32,000 nt of DNA, from assembly GCA_018268035.1 (NCBI GenBank), contig JAFDXI010000043.1, forward strand, positions 17,169-49,168, written 5' to 3'. Positions 19,365-32,000 of this stretch are shown here, piece after piece (within the stretch, counting starts at the first letter, position 1; each line of letters starts with the position of its first letter). The DNA is from Bacteroidota bacterium. Its GTDB lineage: Bacteria > Bacteroidota > Bacteroidia > Chitinophagales > Chitinophagaceae. Below the pieces are notes generated by a model that was not told where the DNA came from, ran no database searches, and saw nothing but the letters and a program-made list of their open reading frames with translations. The position numbers and the translations under genes were made by a program.

Positions 19365-22300
19365 ATGAAAATGAGAACTTTTTTTTATTTGTTAGTAGCG
19401 GTCTTATGTACGGTTACCAATGCTCATTCCCAAAAAAATGATTGGGAAAACCCGGAGCTGTCTTCATACAATACAGTGAAGCCGCATGCATATTTTATTC
19501 CTTATGAATCTGAAAAAGCAGCGTTGAAAGCAGACACATCTGCATTTGTCATGTCATTGGATGGTATATGGAAATTTAATATTGTAAAAAATCCCGGAGA
19601 CCGCCCGGTTGATTTTTATAAAAATGATTTTGATGTAAGTGGATGGAAAAATATTAAAGTGCCTGCCAACTGGCAGACTGAAGGATATGATAGTTACATC
19701 TTTACTGATGTGGAATATCCTATACCACCCAACCCGCCGTATGTGCCAAAAGATTTCAACCCGGTTGGTTCTTATAAAAGAAATTTTGAGTTGCCGAAAA
19801 AATGGAATGGAAAAGATGTATTCATCAGGTTGGGTGCAGTCAATTCTTTTTTTTATTTATGGATTAACGGAAAATATGTTGGCTTTCACAAAGACAGTAA
19901 AACACCCGGAGAATTTGATATAACACCATACTTAATACCAGGGAAAAATATTGTTGCATTGCAGGTGTTTCGTTTTAGTGATGGCACATACCTTGAAGGT
20001 CAGGATATGTGGAAACTCAGTGGCATTGAAAGAAATGTATGTCTTATTACAAGGTCAAAAACTTCCGTTCGTGATTTTTTTATTAAAGCAGGATTAGATG
20101 AAAATTATGCAAACGGAATTTTCAATCTGGATATAGAATTAAACCGTCTTGAAAAAGAAGATGCATCAAAATCGTTGCGGGTAATATTGTTGGATGATAT
20201 CAGTGGGAAACCTCTGTATGATAGAAAAGAATTTCTTGCACAAAAAAATTTTCATTTCAATACAACAATAGCTGATGTCCGGAAATGGACTGCAGAGACA
20301 CCTAATCTCTACACAGTTGTTATAAACCTGTTAGACAAAAATGGAAAAGTGATAGAATCCATTGCACATAAAACCGGTTTCAGGACTGTTGAAATAAAAC
20401 ATGGATTGTTTTTGGTAAATGGCAAAGCGATAAAAATAAAAGGCGCTAACCGTCATGAGCATGATATGTTTACTGCGAATGTGATAACACCTGCATTGAT
20501 GCTGAAAGATATTGAACTGATGAAACAATATAACATCAATGCAGTACGTACCAGTCATTATCCAAATAATGAAAAGTGGTATGAGCTCTGTAACCAATAC
20601 GGAATCTATGTGGTTGATGAAGCCAACATTGAATGTGATGGCATGAGTTTTTCACCTTTAAAAACTTTATCTGATAAACCGGAATGGAAAGCTGCATACC
20701 TCGCAAGGACTTCAGCCATGTTTGAAAGAGATAAAAATTTTTCATGCATTGTAACCTGGTCTTTGGGAAATGAAAGCCGCTTTGGTGAAAATTTTATTGC
20801 CACTTACAAATATTTAAAAGAGAATGATAACACCAGGCCTGTGCAATATGAAGAAGCACAGAATACACCTTACACTGATATCATTCCCCCGATGTATAAA
20901 AACCTGGGTGTGATGATGGAGTATGTAAAAGAGTGGAGGCCTAAACCTTTTATTCAATGTGAGTATGCACACATGATGGGAAATAGTGGCGGCAACCTGG
21001 AAGACGATTGGGATTTGATGTATAAATATGACCAGTTGCAGGGTGGTTTTATCTGGGACTTTGTGGACCAGACTTTTAAGATAAAAGATAAGAAAGGAAG
21101 GGATATATGGGGATATGGACGTGATATGGGCATCGTTGGAGCAACGAGTGATACAAGCTTTCCTGCAGATGCAATTTTTGCTGCAGACCGCACTCCTCAT
21201 CCACAGGCTTTTGAATTGAAAAAAGTTTATCAGAATGTTTATTTTGAAACAGTGCCACTCAGCGATAATGAAATAAAAATCACCAACAGGTATGATTTTA
21301 CTGACTTAAATAAATACATCATCCGGTGGAATATAAAAGCTGATGGTAAAATAATTTCACAGGGTGAATTGCCTTCAATTAATTTATCACCCGGTCAATC
21401 AACGATTGTTGTCATTCCATTTCCAGAAATAAATGTGCAGCCACGCACAGAATATTTTTTGAATCTTGAAGCAATTACAAAAGATGCGGCTCCATTGGTT
21501 CCTGCAGGGTTCACTGTGGCTACTGAGCAATTCAGGTTGCCATATTATGATGCTTCGTCATTGCCATCAATAATGGGTTTTCAACCATTGCATGAAGAAA
21601 AAGATGGAAACAGTATCATCATAAAAGGAGAAAAATTTTCTGTGTCTTTTGACAGGAATAAAGGTTTGTTAAATGGATACAGTATAAATAAAAATGAAAT
21701 CATTCAGGAAGCATTGCAACCACATTTCTGGCGGGCAGCGACGGATAATGATATCGGCAACAGTCAGCAGGTTCGTTGTGCTGTGTGGCAACATGCGTTT
21801 GATGATGCAAAGCTTACTTCATTTTTTATTGATACATCCAATGAGTTGGCGTATAAAATAAAAACAATTCATTTGCTGCCTTCTGTTAATGCACAGTATA
21901 TCACATCGTACATTATAAAAGCAGATGGCGATGTGAAAATAAATGCAACCATGCTGGCTGGTGATTCTTCATTACCTGAGTTGCCGCGTTTTGGTATGAG
22001 GGTGATTTTAAATAGTGGTTATGATGAGGCGAAATGGCTGGGCAGGGGACCGTTTGATAATTATTCCGACAGGAAATACGCAGCTAACGTTGATGTATTT
22101 GCGATGCCCGCTGATTCATTGTTTCATCCTTATGCACGTGCTCAGGAAAGTGGTTATCGTACGGATGCACGGTGGGTGGGTTTGTTCAATAAACAAGGAG
22201 AAGGATTGGTGGCTGTGGCAGATTCACTCATTAGTACGGGTATTCTGCATTTCAACATGAACCGGCTTGACTTCGACCGTTATGCACCTGAAAATAATCA

Positions 22301-22493
22301 TGGCGGTTCTATGGATAATGATAGTTTAATCTGGTGGAATATTGATTATGCACAATGTGGAGTTGGAGGTGATAATGCCTGGGGAGCAAAGCCACATTCG
22401 GAATACCAGTTGCCTTACAGGAATTATTCATATTCATTTACGTTGAGGCCTGTGTTTGCAGGAAAAGATGTGGTGGAAGTTGCAAAGAAGTAG
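19365..22493 (+). CDS. secreted glycoside hydrolase family 2 beta-galactosidase-like enzyme
   Basis: 1042 aa; signal peptide; WYELCNQYGIYVVDEANIECDGM, acid/base WSLGNESRFG, nucleophile PFIQCEYAHMMGNSGG; C-terminal beta-galactosidase small-chain-like region WLGRGPFDNYSDRK. Confidence 0.93.
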   Translation: MKMRTFFYLLVAVLCTVTNAHSQKNDWENPELSSYNTVKPHAYFIPYESEKAALKADTSAFVMSLDGIWKFNIVKNPGDRPVDFYKNDFDVSGWKNIKVPANWQTEGYDSYIFTDVEYPIPPNPPYVPKDFNPVGSYKRNFELPKKWNGKDVFIRLGAVNSFFYLWINGKYVGFHKDSKTPGEFDITPYLIPGKNIVALQVFRFSDGTYLEGQDMWKLSGIERNVCLITRSKTSVRDFFIKAGLDENYANGIFNLDIELNRLEKEDASKSLRVILLDDISGKPLYDRKEFLAQKNFHFNTTIADVRKWTAETPNLYTVVINLLDKNGKVIESIAHKTGFRTVEIKHGLFLVNGKAIKIKGANRHEHDMFTANVITPALMLKDIELMKQYNINAVRTSHYPNNEKWYELCNQYGIYVVDEANIECDGMSFSPLKTLSDKPEWKAAYLARTSAMFERDKNFSCIVTWSLGNESRFGENFIATYKYLKENDNTRPVQYEEAQNTPYTDIIPPMYKNLGVMMEYVKEWRPKPFIQCEYAHMMGNSGGNLEDDWDLMYKYDQLQGGFIWDFVDQTFKIKDKKGRDIWGYGRDMGIVGATSDTSFPADAIFAADRTPHPQAFELKKVYQNVYFETVPLSDNEIKITNRYDFTDLNKYIIRWNIKADGKIISQGELPSINLSPGQSTIVVIPFPEINVQPRTEYFLNLEAITKDAAPLVPAGFTVATEQFRLPYYDASSLPSIMGFQPLHEEKDGNSIIIKGEKFSVSFDRNKGLLNGYSINKNEIIQEALQPHFWRAATDNDIGNSQQVRCAVWQHAFDDAKLTSFFIDTSNELAYKIKTIHLLPSVNAQYITSYIIKADGDVKINATMLAGDSSLPELPRFGMRVILNSGYDEAKWLGRGPFDNYSDRKYAANVDVFAMPADSLFHPYARAQESGYRTDARWVGLFNKQGEGLVAVADSLISTGILHFNMNRLDFDRYAPENNHGGSMDNDSLIWWNIDYAQCGVGGDNAWGAKPHSEYQLPYRNYSYSFTLRPVFAGKDVVEVAKK

Positions 22494-22573
22494 AAGCATA
22501 TTTATATGTGACTAAAGTTAAATAATTGAGTCTATCACTTCAAAGTAGCATTGAGATTAAATTGAGAAAAACA

Positions 22574-26991
<4,418 letters not shown>

Positions 26992-27031
26992 GAAACTGTA
27001 TTGTGAATTTTGATTCAACCCATCATAAATC

Positions 27032-27071
27032 AAAAGTGCAATTGATATCAATCATTCAGCTGCACTTTTTT
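27032..27071. terminator. terminator between convergent genes
   Basis: AAAAGTGCA (27032-27040) / TGCACTTTT (27061-27069) stem followed by T-run; converging gene ends at 26991 and 27098. Confidence 0.6.
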
Positions 27072-27097
27072 ATTTTAAAACATTGATGTATTTCCAT

Positions 27098-28009
27098 TCA
27101 CACTTTCAAAACATTGGCAAGGTAATTATAACTTTCTTTGATGCTGCTCATCGGATCTTTAGGCATATCATGCTCAACAAAAAAATGTTTCATGCCAGCA
27201 GCAGATGCTTTTTCAAATATTCTTTTAAAATCAATCGTACCCATTCCAACGGGCATTATGTTTTCAAGTGAGGCATCAAGATCTTTGACGTGCCAAAGCG
27301 GGAATCGACCAGGATTTTTCTTAAACATTTCAACAGGATCCCTTTTGCCTTTTATTGCCCATGCCAGGTCGAGTTCCATCTGCATGGTACCTTCTGTAAG
27401 TAGTATGTCATAAGGAATTTTTCCTTCCACTTCATGAAATTCCATATCATGGTTATGATAGGCAAATGTGATGCCTGCCTTTTTACAAGCTTCATCTGTT
27501 TTGTTTAGTACTTCAACAGAAGATTTTATTTCATCCAGTGTGCCTGTTGGTATATTGGCACAAACCAGGTATTCCACGCCTCCGTCTGCTGCTTCATCTA
27601 CCAGTTCCTGCATATTTTCTTTCAGATTCCTCATTGGAGGAATAGTGATTGGTTTCCCATTTGCATCTGTTGGCAATTTTGCACCTTTTGGTAATTTGAA
27701 AGGTGCACCCAATACATGATGTGATTTCCAACTCATTCCCATGCCGCTTAACATCGCTGCAAATTCTTTTGGCTTCATTCCATAATAACCTCCTTTTTTG
27801 CTGAATGCCGATTCAATTTCTTTGTATCCAACATCAGCAATTTTTTGTAAGGTGCCCTGTACATCTTCATCAATAATATTAAAGAAAGTAAAGAGCTGCA
27901 AACCGATTGCATGTTGTGAAGGGTAAGAACCTGCGAACATCTTATTTGAAATTAATAGTGAACCTAAAGTTGCATAACCTGAGTTTTTAATGAATGTTCT
28001 TCTGCGCAT
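27098..28009 (-). CDS. sugar phosphate isomerase/epimerase family protein with Tat-type signal (ORF opens at 28069; MRRRTF start preferred)
   Basis: MRRRTFIKNSG twin-arginine leader; xylose-isomerase-like TIM barrel motifs GVEYLVCANIP, FAYHNHDMEFHEVEG, MELDLAWAIKG, WHVKDLD, HFFVEHD. Confidence 0.87.
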   Translation of the reverse strand: MRRRTFIKNSGYATLGSLLISNKMFAGSYPSQHAIGLQLFTFFNIIDEDVQGTLQKIADVGYKEIESAFSKKGGYYGMKPKEFAAMLSGMGMSWKSHHVLGAPFKLPKGAKLPTDANGKPITIPPMRNLKENMQELVDEAADGGVEYLVCANIPTGTLDEIKSSVEVLNKTDEACKKAGITFAYHNHDMEFHEVEGKIPYDILLTEGTMQMELDLAWAIKGKRDPVEMFKKNPGRFPLWHVKDLDASLENIMPVGMGTIDFKRIFEKASAAGMKHFFVEHDMPKDPMSSIKESYNYLANVLKV

Positions 28010-28413
28010 CAGATTTTTTTTAATAGTGATTAATATTTTGAAATAAACATTTATTAACCCTGTCTTCAAAATAAATTAGTATGACAAGCATTCAATGTTC
28101 GGTTTGAAAAATAAACATTTTGTAGAAATAAAAGTATAATGGTATTTCTTTTCTCTAAATGATTTTTTTACATCAGTGTCAAACTTACAGCCGTTAGTTG
28201 AGTTCAATCAATAACCTGGGAAGTGGAATATTGAAATTGCGTTTTTCTGTTTGCTTTTCTGATATCAGGTGAGCATTTCAATGGTGAACAAACATGCGTT
28301 TCATAAAAAATGTAAGAGGGATCATTACTCAAAAACAATCAATCATCTTGTAAAAACTGTTACCATGTAATTAACATTATCAGATTAACAACAAAAAATA
28401 ACCTGCTGGCCGT

Positions 28414-28421
28414 TACATTTG
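28414..28421 (+). promoter_or_regulatory. candidate -7 box TACATTTG for the carB half gene
   Basis: Matches TAnnTTTG, 16 nt upstream of ATG 28438. Confidence 0.4.
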
Positions 28422-28437
28422 CACAATTTGTTTTGAT

Positions 28438-30084
28438 ATGCCAAAAGATAATTCTATTAAATCTGTTTTAATTATTGGTTCAGGACCCATCATTATTGGA
28501 CAGGCTTGCGAGTTTGATTACAGTGGTTCACAAGCAGCACGGAGTTTGCGGGAAGAAGGAATAAAAGTTGTGCTCATCAACAGCAACCCTGCTACTATCA
28601 TGACCGATCCGATGATGGCAGATAAAGTTTATTTATTACCATTGACAGTAGAAAGCCTTGAACAGATTTTAGAAGAAAATGACATAGATGCTGTGTTGCC
28701 TACAATGGGTGGGCAAACTGCATTAAACCTTTGTATTGAAGCCGATGAACTTGGTGTTTGGGATAAATATAAAGTGCGTTTGATTGGTGTGGATGTAGAT
28801 GCGATAAAAGTGGCGGAAGACAGGGAAAAGTTCAGACAATTAATGTTTGAAATTGGAATCAAAGTCGCTCCAAGCCATGTTGCCAATAGTTTTTTAGAAG
28901 GAAAAGAATTTGCACAGCAGATTGGTTTCCCATTAGTGATTCGCCCATCATTTACTTTAGGTGGAACAGGCGGCGGTTTTGTACATGATAAATCAGAATT
29001 GGATGATGCGTTGCAGCGTGGCTTGCAGGCTTCTCCTATTCATGAAGTGTTGGTGGAAAAAGCAGTGTTGGGGTGGAAAGAATTTGAACTCGAATTGTTG
29101 CGCGATAAAAATGATAATGTTGTTATCATCTGTACAGTTGAAAACCTTGACCCGATGGGAATTCATACCGGCGATTCCATAACAGTAGCGCCTGCGATGA
29201 CGTTGAGCGATACAGCCTACCAGGAAATGCGCAACCAGGCTATGAAGATGATGCGCAGCCTTGGCAATTTTGCCGGTGGTTGTAATGTGCAGTTTGCATT
29301 GAACCCTGAAACGGAAGAAATTATTGGGGTAGAAATAAATCCAAGGGTGAGCCGCTCTTCTGCGTTGGCAAGCAAGGCCACAGGATATCCAATCGCTAAG
29401 ATTGCTGCAAAACTGGCAATAGGTTATTCACTGGATGAATTAAAAAATCAGATTACAAAAACGACATCTGCATATTTTGAACCAGCATTGGATTATGTGA
29501 TTGTAAAAATGCCGCGCTGGAATTTTGATAAATTCAAAGGCGCTAATGATACACTCGGTTTACAAATGAAAAGTGTAGGCGAGGTTATGGCTATCGGCAG
29601 GAGCTTCAACGAAGCCATTCAAAAAGCATGTCAGAGTTTGGAAAATGAAGCAGTGGGTTTAGGTTATTATGGCAAGAGCCTTATGAAGAGTGATGAGTTG
29701 ATTGAATACATCAAGACACCAAAATGGGATCGCATCTTTCGCATCAAAGATGCATTGATGCAGGGGGTAACAGCTAAAACTATTGTGCAGGAAACTTATA
29801 TTGACCGTTGGTTTATTTACCAGATACAGGAATTGGTAAGAATCGAAAAAGTATTAGCACATCATACGTTGGAAGATTTGCCTGTAGAGTTGTTGAAAGA
29901 AGCCAAGCGCAATGGCTTCAGTGATGAACAAATTGCACGTATCTTAAAGGATAACACTACTTCAGAACAGGTGTATGAAAAACGAAAAGCTTTAGGTATT
30001 ACAAGGGTGTATAAAATGGTAGATACCTGCAGTGCAGAGTTTGAAGCAAAGACCCCTTACTTCTATAGTTCGTTTGAAGGATAA
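28438..30084 (+). CDS. carB: carbamoyl-phosphate synthase large subunit, N-terminal half only
   Basis: 548 aa; [79 protein letters not shown]; ends ...[18 protein letters not shown]-stop, where full-length CarB normally continues into its second half. Confidence 0.9.
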   Translation: MPKDNSIKSVLIIGSGPIIIGQACEFDYSGSQAARSLREEGIKVVLINSNPATIMTDPMMADKVYLLPLTVESLEQILEENDIDAVLPTMGGQTALNLCIEADELGVWDKYKVRLIGVDVDAIKVAEDREKFRQLMFEIGIKVAPSHVANSFLEGKEFAQQIGFPLVIRPSFTLGGTGGGFVHDKSELDDALQRGLQASPIHEVLVEKAVLGWKEFELELLRDKNDNVVIICTVENLDPMGIHTGDSITVAPAMTLSDTAYQEMRNQAMKMMRSLGNFAGGCNVQFALNPETEEIIGVEINPRVSRSSALASKATGYPIAKIAAKLAIGYSLDELKNQITKTTSAYFEPALDYVIVKMPRWNFDKFKGANDTLGLQMKSVGEVMAIGRSFNEAIQKACQSLENEAVGLGYYGKSLMKSDELIEYIKTPKWDRIFRIKDALMQGVTAKTIVQETYIDRWFIYQIQELVRIEKVLAHHTLEDLPVELLKEAKRNGFSDEQIARILKDNTTSEQVYEKRKALGITRVYKMVDTCSAEFEAKTPYFYSSFEG

Positions 30085-30097
30085 TATACAAACAAAA

Positions 30098-30135
30098 ATC
30101 AGGAACGGATAATGAATATACATCCGTTCTTGTTT
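30098..30135 (+). terminator. Rho-independent-like terminator after the carB half gene
   Basis: CAGGAACGGAT ... ATCCGTTCTTG stem (one G-T pair) followed by TTTTTT. Confidence 0.65.
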
Positions 30136-30152
30136 TTTATGCATATCAGGTT

Positions 30153-30650
30153 TTATTCATTACCCATCAACATGATATCACGGTCGAATAAATACAAACC
30201 GCTTTTGTCGTCACCAATCAATTCCAATTTATCATTACATTCCCTGGCCAGTTTTTCTTCTTCTATTTGTTCGTTTACATACCACTGTAAAAAATTATGT
30301 GTTGCATAATCTTTTTCATTGAGCGCTATATCCACCAGTTCATTGATGCTGTTGCTCACATTTACTTCATGCCTGAACAATTCTTCAAAAGCTTTTTTTA
30401 GTGATACAAAGGTGAGCGTAGGTTGTACCAGTGCTGGTATTATTGCAAAGCCACCGCGTTCATTGATGTATTGGATGAGCTTCAGCATGTGCATCCTTTC
30501 TTCATCACTGTGCTTAAAGAAAAACTGAGTAACACCTTTTAAACCTGGTTGAATGTCGGCCCAACTTGCCATGGCAAGATATGCCTGTGATGATTGTGCT
30601 TCAACAAGAACCTGCTTGTTTAATGCATCCTGTATTGTTTTTGATAACAT
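30153..30650 (-). CDS. ferritin (ORF opens at 30686; MLSKTIQDALN start preferred)
   Basis: QVLVEAQSSQAYLAMASWADIQPGLKGVTQFFFKHSDEERMHMLKLIQYINERGG and FLQWYVNEQIEEEKLARECNDKLELIG ferritin-like motifs. Confidence 0.93.
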   Translation of the reverse strand: MLSKTIQDALNKQVLVEAQSSQAYLAMASWADIQPGLKGVTQFFFKHSDEERMHMLKLIQYINERGGFAIIPALVQPTLTFVSLKKAFEELFRHEVNVSNSINELVDIALNEKDYATHNFLQWYVNEQIEEEKLARECNDKLELIGDDKSGLYLFDRDIMLMGNE

Positions 30651-30830
30651 AGCCGTTTGTTTTTTACAAAGAAAGTGATTTATCAAATTTCAACAATTAT
30701 TAATGCAGGGAAATAAAATTTAATTATTATTGCTACTTAATAATTATGAGCCATTTGAATATATTCGTTGTGTTTACAAAGGGTATTATAAAATCAATTC
30801 TCAATCAATCATTCGAATAAATAAAAACGT

Positions 30831-32000
30831 ATGAAATCAACTACTCGGGTTTCGCTCGCTATCATGATGTTTTTTCAATTTTTTATCTGGGGTGCGTGGT
30901 TTGTTACGATGGGTACTTATTTAGGTAGTGCAGCTATTAATGCTAATGGAAGTGAAATTGCTACTGCTTATTTAAGTCAAAGCATCGGGGCAGTAATTGC
31001 ACCATTTATTGTTGGTTTAATTGCTGATAAATTTTTTAATGCTGAAAGAATATTGAGTGTGTTGCATTTTGCAGGAGCAGTTATGTTGTGGTTATGTTCT
31101 ACTGCAACAGACTACAGTTCATTTGTTACATATATCATGATTTATATGATCCTTTATATGCCTACACTTGCGTTAGTAAATTCAATTTGTTTAAGACAGA
31201 TGAGTAATCCTAATGCAGAATTCCCGATTATACGTGTCTTGGGTAGTATAGGCTGGATTGTTGCAGGGTTAATCATAGGCTGGCTGGGTTGGGAACAAAA
31301 AGATGCTACCACACAACTAACACAGTTGCAGCTCACATTTAAGATGGCTGCCGGAGCAGCAGCTCTATTAGGATTATATAGTTTTAGTTTGCCAAAAACA
31401 CCGCCAGCAAAAAAAGGTGTCAAAACATCTGTTGGAGAAATTATGGGTTTGGATGCAATTCGATTATTAAAGAAACGCTCCTATTTAATTTTCTTTCTTG
31501 CATCAATAGCAATTTGTATTCCGCTTTCATTTTATTATAATTTCACCAATCCTTTTTTAAATGAAATAGGAATGAAAGGCGCTGCCGGTAAACAAACTTT
31601 CGGACAAATGTCAGAAGTGTTGTTTATGATTCTGATGCCTTTATTCTTCGCAAGATTGGGAGTAAAGAAAATGCTGGCATTTGCTATGCTTGCATGGGCA
31701 ATCCGTTATGTTTTCTTCGCTTATGGTAATACTACAAGTCTTGACTGGATGTTGCTCGGTGGTATTATACTTCATGGTATTTGTTATGATTTCTTTTTTG
31801 TTACCGGGCAGATTTATACTGATAACAATGCTGGTGTAAAATTTCAAAGCGCTGCACAGGGTTTCATTACTTTGGCAACTTATGGTGTAGGTATGTTGAT
31901 CGGAACTATTCTGTCAGGGAAAATTGTTGATAATTATACAGTAAATGGAGTACACGACTGGAAAGCAATCTGGGTCATCCCAGGAGGGATTGCCGTTGTA
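30831..32000 (+). CDS. MFS transporter, nucleoside:H+ symporter (NupG/XapB)-like, truncated by window end
   Basis: My reading from ATG 30831: MKSTTRVSLAIMMFFQFFIWGAWFVTMGTYLG..., multi-TM, RQMSNPNAEFPIIRVLGSIGWIVAGLIIGWLG, open through the window end. Not in the supplied ORF list because it has no stop. Confidence 0.85.
   Translation, partial: MKSTTRVSLAIMMFFQFFIWGAWFVTMGTYLGSAAINANGSEIATAYLSQSIGAVIAPFIVGLIADKFFNAERILSVLHFAGAVMLWLCSTATDYSSFVTYIMIYMILYMPTLALVNSICLRQMSNPNAEFPIIRVLGSIGWIVAGLIIGWLGWEQKDATTQLTQLQLTFKMAAGAAALLGLYSFSLPKTPPAKKGVKTSVGEIMGLDAIRLLKKRSYLIFFLASIAICIPLSFYYNFTNPFLNEIGMKGAAGKQTFGQMSEVLFMILMPLFFARLGVKKMLAFAMLAWAIRYVFFAYGNTTSLDWMLLGGIILHGICYDFFFVTGQIYTDNNAGVKFQSAAQGFITLATYGVGMLIGTILSGKIVDNYTVNGVHDWKAIWVIPGGIAVV

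Overview
Bacteroidota (probably Chitinophagaceae-like) chromosomal window. From left to right: a multiply disrupted ORF6N-type gene remnant; lspA; a small lipoprotein; fumC; a beta-lactamase-family serine hydrolase; a secreted Cys-rich esterase next to a delta-60-repeat/T9SS protein; a two-gene ABC exporter; a META-domain lipoprotein; and a carbohydrate-use locus. That locus comprises a TPR + transmembrane + LuxR-type HTH regulator, SusC, SusD, a GH2 beta-galactosidase, an MGH1-like/GH63-like glycosidase and a kinase + class III PLP enzyme fusion. It is followed by a Tat-type sugar isomerase/epimerase, an N-terminal-half-only carB with its own terminator-like hairpin, ferritin, and an MFS nucleoside-permease-like transporter running off the edge. 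I found no CRISPR array, no intact mobile element and no clearly new defence or biochemical system. The best leads are the kinase-PLP fusion overlapping the PUL glycosidase, the split carB, the 11-bp phased direct repeats upstream of susC, the decayed ORF6N gene, and several intergenic inverted-repeat elements.
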